Source: Candidatus Micrarchaeota archaeon (GTDB taxonomy: Archaea > Micrarchaeota > Micrarchaeia > Anstonellales > Anstonellaceae). Taken from it: a stretch of DNA of 38,921 nucleotides. The position numbers and the translations under genes are program-made. Positions 11,230 through 19,272 of this stretch are shown one piece after another (the first letter of the stretch is position 1; each line of letters starts with the position of its first letter). Below the pieces are notes generated by a model, which saw nothing but the letters and a program-made list of their open reading frames with translations, was not told where the DNA came from and did no database searches. The DNA is taken from the NCBI GenBank assembly GCA_043806415.1, contig JAZDHB010000077.1, forward strand, positions 1-38,921, given 5' to 3'.

Positions 11230-12183
11230 CTAAGCGGACGGAGCCTGCGGCCCCAGGTCCATGCTCTCCACTTCGCCCACCGGCGCGTGGTGCATGAGAG
11301 CGCGCGGCAACGAGACGTAGGCCGGCGGCTTGATGTTGGCCAGTTTCATGCGCCGACTCTTCAGCTCGAGGTAGAGCGTCTGCATGGCGTCGAATTCCTT
11401 GCTTTCCTCTTCGGACAGTTCGCCGGCCTGCTTTTTGGCCATGAACAGCTGGATCTTCTTGGTCACGTCGGAAATATGCTGCTCGTTCTCTTCCCACTCG
11501 CCCAAGCGGTCCTTGAGCACCCACGCCCTGACTTCCGTGCCCTGCACCCGCACGTTCCTCTCCACTTCCTCTAGGGAGCCCACGTACGGGCTTCCTTCAA
11601 ATTTTTTTTTATCCGTGGAGAGTGCGTTGTCGGCCACGTAGGCGGCGACGCCCAGCCTTCCGAGCAGGGTGACCAGCTCCTGCTGCTGCTCGGTGCTGAA
11701 CGCGTCGATCGTGATGTTCTGCGAGAAGTCGGATTCGACCACGGCCTTGAGGTTCTGCGCCTCTTTTCGGGGAAGCATGTTGAGCATGATGGTGAGCCGG
11801 GCGATCTCTTCCTTGTGCTCGTAGTTCTTGCGCGTCATCTCGGCGCGCTGGCGCATGAGCTCATAGACCGGCCCGCTCTTCTGGCGGACGGCCGCATCCA
11901 GCTGCTCGCGCCCGTGCTGGTTGATCTGCTCGCTCAAGGCCGTGATCTCCCCTTTTTTGGGCACCACGGTGATCAAATCCACCGCCTTGATCTTCTCCTC
12001 GATGGGCTTGAGTTTCGTGTCGATCTCGCCCAGGACCGTGCCCAGCGCGGCCACGTGCGTGTCATCGGCGTTCGCGCCGTTGCGAAGAAGGAAGTCGCGC
12101 CTGAACATCGTCTCGGTGCGCTTGCGGTTGAACACCGTATGGTCCACCAAGTCGGTGCTGGTGATTACGATAGGCTCGTCCAC
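11230..12183 (-). CDS. Hypothetical coiled-coil-rich protein
   Basis: 317-aa ORF with host-like codon usage, 11 bp upstream of dys. GTG start. Confidence 0.75.
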   Translation of the reverse strand: MDEPIVITSTDLVDHTVFNRKRTETMFRRDFLLRNGANADDTHVAALGTVLGEIDTKLKPIEEKIKAVDLITVVPKKGEITALSEQINQHGREQLDAAVRQKSGPVYELMRQRAEMTRKNYEHKEEIARLTIMLNMLPRKEAQNLKAVVESDFSQNITIDAFSTEQQQELVTLLGRLGVAAYVADNALSTDKKKFEGSPYVGSLEEVERNVRVQGTEVRAWVLKDRLGEWEENEQHISDVTKKIQLFMAKKQAGELSEEESKEFDAMQTLYLELKSRRMKLANIKPPAYVSLPRALMHHAPVGEVESMDLGPQAPSA

Positions 12184-12228
12184 GTCATTTTATGGGGAAG
12201 AAATACTTAAAAGGAGAAGCCCGCGTCG

Positions 12229-12456
12229 GAGCAGGCCATTGCGGAACGCCCCCTGCTCATGTTCGCATCCGCAGGCGGCGTTCTTGCGGGCAGGCCCCTC
12301 GCCCGTCCGTTCATTGCCAACTGGGTTGATACTCCGCTGCTTGCAGCGGCATTCCCAGTTGGCAATATCTCGGTCGAACGGCGGATACCCCACGTCGGCC
12401 GCAGTCGACCGATTGCCGCAGCAATCGCCCTTGGGGTGGGGTAGCCTTCGACCGAG
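12229..12456. other. Highly structured intergenic element (nested and tandem hairpins); candidate ncRNA or miniature palindromic mobile element
   Basis: Stems 12229-35/12252-58, 12269-75/12283-89, 12313-25/12354-66 (enclosing ccgctgc-tt-gcagcgg), 12369-78/12447-56 and 12386-93/12436-43. The last encloses two CGCA-loop hairpins. Confidence 0.6.
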
Positions 12457-12476
12457 TTCATCCTGCGCTCAGCTGC

Positions 12477-12821
12477 TCATCCGAGCCGCTCCAGCACCCT
12501 TGCCGCCTCTTTCGGCGCGATCTGCCCCCGCTCCATCCTCGCCCGCGCGAGCATCCGCAGGCCCCCCAACAGGTTGAGCGCATCGAAGCCCAGCGCTCCG
12601 AGGATCTGGCACGCCCTGTCCGAGCGCCCGCCGGTACGGCAGACGAGCAAGAGCGGTTTGTCTTTTGGAAGCTCCTTGGAGCGCTCCTCTAATTCGATCA
12701 ATGGAATATGGGCGGCCCCTTCCTCGTGGCAGGCGTCCCATTCTGCCTGCGAGCGCACGTCCACCATGAGGTAGCGCGAGGGGTCTTTTAGAAATTCTTC
12801 GGGGGAAAGATTGCGCTGCAC
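12477..12821 (-). CDS. Rhodanese-like domain protein
   Basis: Motifs VDVRSQAEW...H...GAAHIPL, VCRTGGRS and NLLGG. Overlaps the lig 3' end by 34 bp. Confidence 0.85.
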   Translation of the reverse strand: MQRNLSPEEFLKDPSRYLMVDVRSQAEWDACHEEGAAHIPLIELEERSKELPKDKPLLLVCRTGGRSDRACQILGALGFDALNLLGGLRMLARARMERGQIAPKEAARVLERLG

Positions 12822-14872
12822 GAGTAAGCCTCCTTTTCCTTATTTCCCCTTGTCTTCTGCAAATGATACAGCTTCTCCACTTCCGAAACCGTGGTGGCAT
12901 CCGCCGGCCCCTTGTCCTCGCGCATCTGCACGAGGCGCGGGAAGCGGAGCGCGTACCCCTTCCCGTCCACCAAGCCGGCCGTGTGCTGGGGAGAGAGCGA
13001 GATCTCGTCAGATGACACGGTGCAAACTAATTTGGGCTCCACCCAGAAATCGGGCTCGATCGAGGATTCGAGCGTGGCGGGCTTGGTCTTGCGCTTGATC
13101 CCGGAGAGCATCTTCTCCAGCTCCACCATCTCGTCTTCCGTGAAGCCCGAGCCCACGCGCGCGATGGTCTGCAAAAGCCCGTTCTGCTCGTTTCTCACGG
13201 CCACAAGCAGCCCGCCGAACCCGAATCCCGTGCGGGCGCCCTCGCCGCGGTAGTAGCCCACGATCACCACGTCCAGCGTGTCGGCCAGCGCCCCGTAGCT
13301 TTTCTTGAGCTTGATCCAGGCCCAGTCGCGCGCTCCCGGGGTGTAGGGGGCGGACGGGTCCTTGGCGATGATCCCCTCTAATCCGGCCGCGAGGCAGTAG
13401 CTGAAGAAATTCTCCAGCTCGTTCGCGCTTTTCACCTGCTTGATGGACGACACTTCGATGGCCTCGCTGCCCGCCACCAGTTTCTCCAGCGCCGCGCGCC
13501 GGGAGGAATAGGGCTGCACCGTCCAGTCCACCCCGTCCGCGTACATCAGGTCGAAGGCGAACAGGTGGAGGGGAAGCTCCTCCGCCATCTGCGCCACGCC
13601 GTGCTTGCGTTTGCGCTGGATGGTGGTCTGGAACGAATAGTACCGCTTCTCCTTCTTCGAGTAGGCCAGCGCCTCCCCCTCGAACACGAGATGGCGCGCA
13701 CCGAGTTTTTTGGCCCCTTCCACCACCTCGGGGAACGCGTGGGTGACGCGCTCGAGCTTGCGCGAGTAGAGTTCGACGCGCTCGCCGTCCTTGTGCACCT
13801 GCAGCCGGAACCCGTCGTATTTTCCCTCGGCGGCGCACAGCCCGAGCTTCTCGATGATATCGGCCGGCGTGGACAGGCGCTCGGCCAGCGCGGGGCGGAT
13901 GGGCGAAAACAGCCGGATCCGGAATTTCTCCACTTGGGAATAGTCATAAAGCGCCAGTTCGGCCACGTGCGCCAAATCCGAACTGAGGTTGAAGGCCCGC
14001 TCCATGGGCGCGCGCACGCTTTTCTTGAATCCCATCAGCACGGCGCGGTAATGCTCGGGCTTGTCCTTGAGCGGCCTAATCTTCTGCACCGTGATGTCGC
14101 GCAGCGGCTCCAGCGTGCCGTCCAGCAAAATCTCGATCTTCGAGCCGTCTGCAAGTCCCTCGATCGATTTGGCATCAGAGCATACGAACACGAATTCGAG
14201 CGAGGCGTCTGAATCCTCGTTCTTGAGCTCTTTCTCCTTCTCCCCTGTCTCGTAATCCCATTCGGGCTCGATCGGGATCTTTTTGCCGTCCGGCAGGCTT
14301 TTGAGCGCCCTCACGCACTCTTTTACCTTGGGCACGCGCAGGAGGGCGAGGGCGTCGAGGATGGTGGGTTCGGCCACGCCCAAGCGCAGTTTGCCCACGC
14401 AGAAGCGCACGATATATCTCGCCTCGAGCGGGGTGGCGGAATTCAAAAGTTCGGCCAACGTCTTGATCTTCCCCTCCTGCGAGCCGTGGCCTGACAATCT
14501 CGCGAGCCGCACAAGCGAGGCATACACGCCGGTCAACTCTAGCTCCTCGGCCCCGAGGCTGGTCTGCTTCTTCTTGTCCAACGCCCATTCCGCCGTGGCG
14601 CCCCAATCCCCGCTTTTCTTGAAATAAGCGTCCAACTCCTTATCGCTCCTCCCCGACACGAGCGCGATGGCCTGCTCGGCCAGCCTCTCCCCGAGGCCCA
14701 GCTCCAGCCCCTCGTAGGGCGGGGCCAGGATGCCCTGGCAGAGCAGCACCAGCGCCCGCACTTCCTCCCGTTTGGCGCTCGAAAGCAGTCTGGAGAGGTG
14801 GAGCGCCATCTCCAGACGGCCGGGCGCAGCCTCGACCTCGGCCCATACCCCCGCCACTTCGGAAAAACGCAT
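12788..14872 (-). CDS. lig: ATP-dependent DNA ligase with an insertion of about 100 aa
   Basis: Motif I EGKYDGFRLQVH, plus FEGE, FAFDL, EGIIAK, WIKLK and LRFPR. Confidence 0.96.
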   Translation of the reverse strand: MRFSEVAGVWAEVEAAPGRLEMALHLSRLLSSAKREEVRALVLLCQGILAPPYEGLELGLGERLAEQAIALVSGRSDKELDAYFKKSGDWGATAEWALDKKKQTSLGAEELELTGVYASLVRLARLSGHGSQEGKIKTLAELLNSATPLEARYIVRFCVGKLRLGVAEPTILDALALLRVPKVKECVRALKSLPDGKKIPIEPEWDYETGEKEKELKNEDSDASLEFVFVCSDAKSIEGLADGSKIEILLDGTLEPLRDITVQKIRPLKDKPEHYRAVLMGFKKSVRAPMERAFNLSSDLAHVAELALYDYSQVEKFRIRLFSPIRPALAERLSTPADIIEKLGLCAAEGKYDGFRLQVHKDGERVELYSRKLERVTHAFPEVVEGAKKLGARHLVFEGEALAYSKKEKRYYSFQTTIQRKRKHGVAQMAEELPLHLFAFDLMYADGVDWTVQPYSSRRAALEKLVAGSEAIEVSSIKQVKSANELENFFSYCLAAGLEGIIAKDPSAPYTPGARDWAWIKLKKSYGALADTLDVVIVGYYRGEGARTGFGFGGLLVAVRNEQNGLLQTIARVGSGFTEDEMVELEKMLSGIKRKTKPATLESSIEPDFWVEPKLVCTVSSDEISLSPQHTAGLVDGKGYALRFPRLVQMREDKGPADATTVSEVEKLYHLQKTRGNKEKEAYSCSAIFPPKNF

Positions 14873-14984
14873 GATAAAAGAAGGATAGATGGGCTAAAAA
14901 GATTATCCGCCGAACCCGGCCCCGGGCCGCGCCGTTGCGATGCGAGCGGTAAAAAACATTCCTCCCCCATATCCATACGATTAT

Positions 14985-16295
14985 ATGGACTGTCTATCCG
15001 ACTCGTTCACCCCCATCGCCGACATCCTCGCCGGCAAAGCCGAGGGCAAGCTCGTCAAGGTCCGGGGATGGGTGCACCGCGCCCGCTCCTCCGGCTCGCT
15101 GGCATTCCTCGTGCTGCGCGACGCGGGCGGCGTGCTGCAGTGCGCCCTGAAAAAGGACGCCGTGGGCGAGAAGACGTTCGAGGCTGCCAAGTCCGCCTAC
15201 ATCGAATCCTCGTGCATGCTTTCGGGCACGCCAAAAAAGGACGAGCGCGCGCCCGGCGGCTGGGAACTGGCGGCCAGCGAATTCGAGTTCATCCACCAGG
15301 GCCAGCCCTTCCCCATCTCCAAGGACCAGTCCACCGAATTCCTGCTCGACGTGCGCCACCTCTGGCTGCGCAGCCAGAAGCTTTCCAAACTGATGAAACT
15401 GCGCCACGCCGCCCTGCGCTCCCTGCACCAATTCTTCGACGAGCGCGCCTTCTTTGAGCTCGCGCCGCCCATCATCACCAAATCCGCCTGCGAAGGAGGA
15501 TCCACCCTCTTCCAACTCGATTACTTCGGCTCGCCCGCCTACCTTTCCCAATCCGGACAGATGTATGCCGAGGTGTTCATGACCGCGCTCGAGAAGGTCT
15601 ATGTGCTCGCCCCCTCGTTCCGCGCCGAGCCCAGCCGCACCGTGCGCCACTTGGCCGAATACTGGCACCTCGAGCCCGAGATGGCCTTCTACAACCAGAA
15701 GATGAACATGCAACTGCAAGAGGATATGATCGTGCACGTCTGCCACGACCTGGGCAAGAACCAGGCCGGGCTGCTCGAGGACATCGGGCGGGACCCCAAG
15801 AAGCTGCTCGCCGTCAAGGGCCCCTTCCCGCGCATGACGTACGAGAAAGCGGTCGAGAAATGCCGCTCGCTTGATTGCAAAATAGAATTCGGCCAGGATT
15901 TGGGCGCGGACGAGGAAGCCGTCCTCACCAAGGACGCGGCCCAGCCCATCTTCATCCACAACCATCTCAAGGAATTCAAGGCCTTCTACATGCGCGAGGA
16001 CCCCAACCATCCGGGCACCGTGCTTTCGGCCGACCTGCTCGCGCCCGAAGGGCACGGGGAAATCATCGGCGGGAGCGAGCGCATCTGGCAGAAGGACGAG
16101 CTGCTCGAGCGCATGAAAGAACAAAACCTTCCGCTCGCCGACTACCAATGGTATGTGGACTTGCGCGAATACGGTTCGGTCCCGCATTCCGGCTTCGGCC
16201 TGGGCATCGAGCGGCTGTGCAAATGGATGTTCGGACTGGACCACATTAGGGATGCCATTCCGTTCCCAAGGACGATCAACCGGGTATATCCGTAA
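14985..16295 (+). CDS. asnS: Asparagine--tRNA ligase
   Basis: OB fold VRGWVHRAR, plus [50 protein letters not shown] and [15 protein letters not shown]. Confidence 0.95.
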   Translation: [436 protein letters not shown]

Positions 16296-16345
16296 GTCAA
16301 GGCACTTCCAACCCGTTTATATACTACTAACTACCTGATTATTTT

Positions 16346-17821
16346 ATGCCTCTAAGCTATAAACGCCTGTTGAACTTCTTCGGGAAAGAACAACAGAAGA
16401 CCCGTGATAACGGTTTCTTAAATGCCAAACTTCTCGACAAAGTTCCGCCCAAGTTCATCGGCAGCGAACGGATCAGGATAGAACTTGAATCAGATCCCAA
16501 GCGTGCTTCCGGCGCGGCTTCCCGCTACCAAGAACTGGTAGCCAAAATCGTCTCAAAGCTTGAATCGGGATTGTCTGAAAAATGCTTTATAGAACAGCTA
16601 TGGAAGTCTGTCAGCTCTTCCGTCCATTTCACAGAAAAACAAGCCTCAGGTTTTCTGGCGGATGCACTTGAAGGGGGTTTTGATTGCGATGCCTCGGCGT
16701 TTCTGCTGTATGACGTGGCCCGGGAAATGGGCATCAAATCCAATCTGGTTTCAACCACTAAACACGCGCTGCTCCTGTTCTCATCTTATGCCCTTGAAAC
16801 CACCAACGGGAAGTATTTTCCGGCCAGCGAACTTCATTCGCACTATCCCTATCATGTCGTGCTTGATGACTGGCAGGTGCACTCAATTACCTACGATGCT
16901 CGCGGCACTGTCTATTCCGAGCTCGGCCAATACGAGAACGCCATCTCCGACTACAACAAAGCCATCGAACTGAACCCAAATTGTGCCGAAGCATTCTACG
17001 GCCGCGGCAATGTCTATCTCAACCTCGGCGAACTCTACCGGGCCATCGCCGACTTCACCAAAGCCATCGAACTGAACCCAAAACGTGTCGAAGCGTTCAA
17101 CAACCGCGGCAATGCCTATTTCAGACTCGTCCAATACGACAAAGCCATCAGCGACTACAACAAAGCCATCAAACTGAACCCAAATTATGCCACAGCGTTC
17201 TACAACCGTGCAATTGTCTATTTCAATCGCGAGCGATACAACAAAGCCATCGCCAACTACAAGAAAGTCATCGCACTGGACCCAAAGTGTGCAGGTGTGT
17301 TCAACAACCGTGGCTATGCCTATTCCGAGCTCGTCCAATACAAGAACGCCATCGCCGACTTCACCAAAGCCATCGAACTGAACCCAAATTGTGTCGAAGC
17401 GTTCAACAACCGCGGCAATGTCTATCTCAACCTCGGCGAATACGATAAAGCCATCAGCAACTACAACAAAGCCATCGAACTGAACCCAAATTGTGTCCAA
17501 GCGTTCTACGGCCGCGGCAATATCTATCTCAACCTCGGCGAATACGATAAAGCCATCGCCGACTACAGCAAAGTCTCAGATGTAGACGCGCTCAACAACC
17601 GTGGCTATGCCTATTTCAGACTCGGCGAATACGATAAAGCCATCGCCGACTACAAATTCGTCGCACAGGACCCAATATATCGCTCAGTGTTCTACAGCCT
17701 CGGCCATTCCGGGTACCTTGGGTACATCAGCGACCTCGACCAAGCCGCCGCACTGAACCCAAGATATGCCCCAGCATTCTACAACCTCGCCATTCCCCAT
17801 TACAATCAGCCGCGTGAATGA
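16346..17821 (+). CDS. Transglutaminase-like N-terminal domain plus TPR repeat protein; probable frameshift near the 3' end
   Basis: FDCDASAF...KHALL...ETT followed by about 8-9 TPRs (AFxNRGNxYxxLGEYDKAIxDYNKAIELNP). Visibly more AT-rich than the flanking core genes. Confidence 0.85.
   Translation: MPLSYKRLLNFFGKEQQKTRDNGFLNAKLLDKVPPKFIGSERIRIELESDPKRASGAASRYQELVAKIVSKLESGLSEKCFIEQLWKSVSSSVHFTEKQASGFLADALEGGFDCDASAFLLYDVAREMGIKSNLVSTTKHALLLFSSYALETTNGKYFPASELHSHYPYHVVLDDWQVHSITYDARGTVYSELGQYENAISDYNKAIELNPNCAEAFYGRGNVYLNLGELYRAIADFTKAIELNPKRVEAFNNRGNAYFRLVQYDKAISDYNKAIKLNPNYATAFYNRAIVYFNRERYNKAIANYKKVIALDPKCAGVFNNRGYAYSELVQYKNAIADFTKAIELNPNCVEAFNNRGNVYLNLGEYDKAISNYNKAIELNPNCVQAFYGRGNIYLNLGEYDKAIADYSKVSDVDALNNRGYAYFRLGEYDKAIADYKFVAQDPIYRSVFYSLGHSGYLGYISDLDQAAALNPRYAPAFYNLAIPHYNQPRE
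16890..17660 (+). repeat. Intragenic 102-bp tandem repeats encoding TPR units
   Basis: aaagccatcgaactgaacccaaa and cgcggcaatgtctatctcaacctcggcgaa recur with 102-bp periodicity. Confidence 0.85.
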
Positions 17822-17893
17822 AGCCTTGTCGAATTTCAAGGCAGCCAACCGGCTGAATCCGGGCATCCCGATTCCACTTTTGGAATAGGCGGC

Positions 17894-17995
17894 ATGCTTT
17901 CGAGAAGGCTGGAGCTAGCGCGCGAAATGATTAAGCTTCAGCGCGAAAAACTGGAGCGTCAGCGCAAAAAACCACTTGGCAAGCCAAAAAGGTAA
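17894..17995 (+). pseudogene. 33-aa basic ORF or gene remnant (MLSRRLELAREMIKLQREKLERQRKKPLGKPKR)
   Basis: ATG at 17894, with a stop immediately before the first asnS-tail copy. Below the length cutoff of the ORF track. Confidence 0.35.
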
Positions 17996-17996
17996 T

Positions 17997-18055
17997 ATTC
18001 CGTTCCCAAGGAAGATTAACCGGGTTTATCCCTGGCGCGCAGGGCGTATCCGTAA
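17997..18055 (+). repeat. Displaced asnS 3'-end copies (IPFPRKINRVYP, then a mini copy RAYP*)
   Basis: attccgttcccaaggaagattaaccgggtttatccc matches asnS 16257-16292. agggcgtatccgtaa at 18041-18055 is a second, shorter tail. Confidence 0.85.
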
Positions 18056-18086
18056 TTCTCTTAAACTATCCCGCCGTTTCTCTTCC

Positions 18087-18251
18087 ATGTCGAGCGTGCA
18101 TTACCCAAGCTTCGAGGAAATCATCGAGCTTAATATGGCAGACCATCCGGGCAATGCACCAGTTCTCAGGGGTATCCGCGAGGGATATCATCTCGATGAT
18201 GAGATTGTGGAGTGGATTAAGCATGGAAAAATCAGGCCTTATATCCGATGA
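18087..18251 (+). pseudogene. Internally deleted Fic/Doc-family toxin remnant
   Basis: YPSFEEIIELN joined directly to VLRGIREGYHLDDEIVEWIKHGKIRPYIR. These resemble the two termini of archaeal Doc-like proteins, and the HxFxxGNxR core is absent. Recognised from memory, not by search. Confidence 0.55.
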
Positions 18252-18252
18252 G

Positions 18253-18345
18253 ATGCGCCTGCGTGTCGTATCCGAGGAATTGGTCTCATTCGAGCGCCTC
18301 ATTGCGGGGCATCGCAAGCTCCTATGGGCCATCGGCAATCTCTGA
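18253..18345 (+). CDS. 30-aa putative antitoxin partner of the Fic/Doc remnant (MRLRVVSEELVSFERLIAGHRKLLWAIGNL)
   Basis: Starts 1 bp after the remnant's stop and encodes an amphipathic helix reminiscent of small Doc partners. Confidence 0.45.
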   Translation: MRLRVVSEELVSFERLIAGHRKLLWAIGNL

Positions 18346-18353
18346 TATGCGGT

Positions 18354-18482
18354 GAATACGGCTCGGTGCCGCATTCTGGTTTTGGTTTGGGCATCGAACG
18401 CCTGTGCAAATGAATGTTCGGCCTGGACCACATTCGGGATGCCATTCCGTTTCCGAGGACGATAAATCGGGCGTATCCCTAA
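18354..18482 (+). pseudogene. asnS: 129-bp displaced asnS 3' end ([41 protein letters not shown])
   Basis: Colinear with asnS 16167-16295. Of 42 codons, 16 differ synonymously, 1 is nonsense and 1 is missense (manual count). Confidence 0.95.
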
Positions 18483-18555
18483 ATCAGGGTCATCTCGTAT
18501 TCCTCGGTCGTATCCCTCCCATACATTTATAATTTCTTATAACCTATTATAATCC

Positions 18556-18768
18556 ATGTCTTTCACCACCATCCAAATCGACAAGTCGCTCCTCGCCCTT
18601 CTCAAGAAGCGCAAAGCCCACGCCCGGCAGAGCTACAACGAGGTTCTCCACGAAATCCTGGGCCGGCCCTCTTCTGCCCAATACGACGAATATCTGCACC
18701 ACGTCCAGAAGGCCAAGATGAAGGAGCTCTGGGATAACGCAGACGACGAGGCTTGGGATCATGCATAA
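18556..18768 (+). CDS. Putative antitoxin (RHH-like)
   Basis: TTIQID...LKKRK...SYNEVL N-terminus and acidic ELWDNADDEAWD C-terminus. Overlaps the MazF start. TTTATAA about 30 bp upstream. Confidence 0.75.
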   Translation: MSFTTIQIDKSLLALLKKRKAHARQSYNEVLHEILGRPSSAQYDEYLHHVQKAKMKELWDNADDEAWDHA

Positions 18769-19078
18769 AGCGGGTGATGTGGTGCTGGCGTGGGTGCAAT
18801 TCACCGACACGGCCGAGCAGAAGAAGCGCCCCGCCCTAGTGCTCTTTGAAGAGTTAGGCAATGTGGTCGTTGCCGGCATCACCAGCAACAAAGCCATGAA
18901 AGGCATCGTCATCGGCCCAAAAGACGGCCTGATGAAAGAGAGCGTCATCAAGACGAATTACATCTTCACCCTCACGGCACAGGCGATCGAGAAAAAGCTG
19001 TGCGATCTGCCGCCCGCCAAACGCCGGGAAGTCCATGCGGCGCTCATGGAAAAACTGTCCGGGCTCATTCAGGCGTAA
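18761..19078 (+). CDS. mazF: MazF/PemK-family toxin
   Basis: Motifs GDVVLAWVQFTD...KKRPALVL...VAGITS...GLMKESVI. Confidence 0.88.
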   Translation: MHKAGDVVLAWVQFTDTAEQKKRPALVLFEELGNVVVAGITSNKAMKGIVIGPKDGLMKESVIKTNYIFTLTAQAIEKKLCDLPPAKRREVHAALMEKLSGLIQA

Positions 19079-19266
19079 AGGAATGTTTCGGCCTTGAGCA
19101 CATCCGCGACGCCATCCCGCCGTCAAGGCCGAGCCGGCGCAAGGCTTGGCGGGAATTCCCGCATCGGCCCGCTGGCCGATGGGGCACCGTCGGCTCAAAG
19201 GAGCCGACGATTGCGCCAGCAGGCGAATCAGATTCCCTAAGGACGATCAACCGGGTATATCCGTAA
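19077..19266 (+). repeat. Displaced asnS 3' end (FGLEHIRDAIP / RTINRVYP*) interrupted by a 113-bp hairpin-rich insertion
   Basis: ttcggccttgagcacatccgcgacgccatcccg, then insert 19120-19232, then ttccctaaggacgatcaaccgggtatatccgtaa, whose final 28 nt are identical to the asnS end. Confidence 0.9.
19120..19232. mobile_element. Miniature multi-hairpin insertion (MITE/REP-like)
   Basis: Splits the asnS copy between Pro and Phe codons. Contains five adjacent palindromes: 19128-50, 19149-62, 19162-81, 19188-209 and 19209-29. Confidence 0.6.
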
Positions 19267-19272
19267 CTCGTC

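Noticed and set aside
12190-12470. RNase P RNA, SRP RNA, tRNA or short ORFs in the structured intergenic region
   Set aside because: No conserved signature sequences were found on either strand, and the short ORFs lack coding-like composition.
14027-14335. Intein in DNA ligase
   Set aside because: No C/S start with a His-Asn end followed by C/S/T, and no LAGLIDADG motifs.
16890-17660. Regular repeats as a possible CRISPR array or DGR template/variable repeats
   Set aside because: The period is 102 bp, in frame, and encodes TPRs. There are no unique spacers, cas genes or reverse transcriptase in the window.
17976-18251. 91-aa ORF from the track
   Set aside because: A chance fusion of an asnS-tail copy with the Fic/Doc remnant. 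The plausible start is ATG 18087.
19000-19266. 88-aa ORF ending in RTINRVYP
   Set aside because: It overlaps mazF and reads through the interrupted asnS-tail copy and hairpin insert, so it is not a credible gene.
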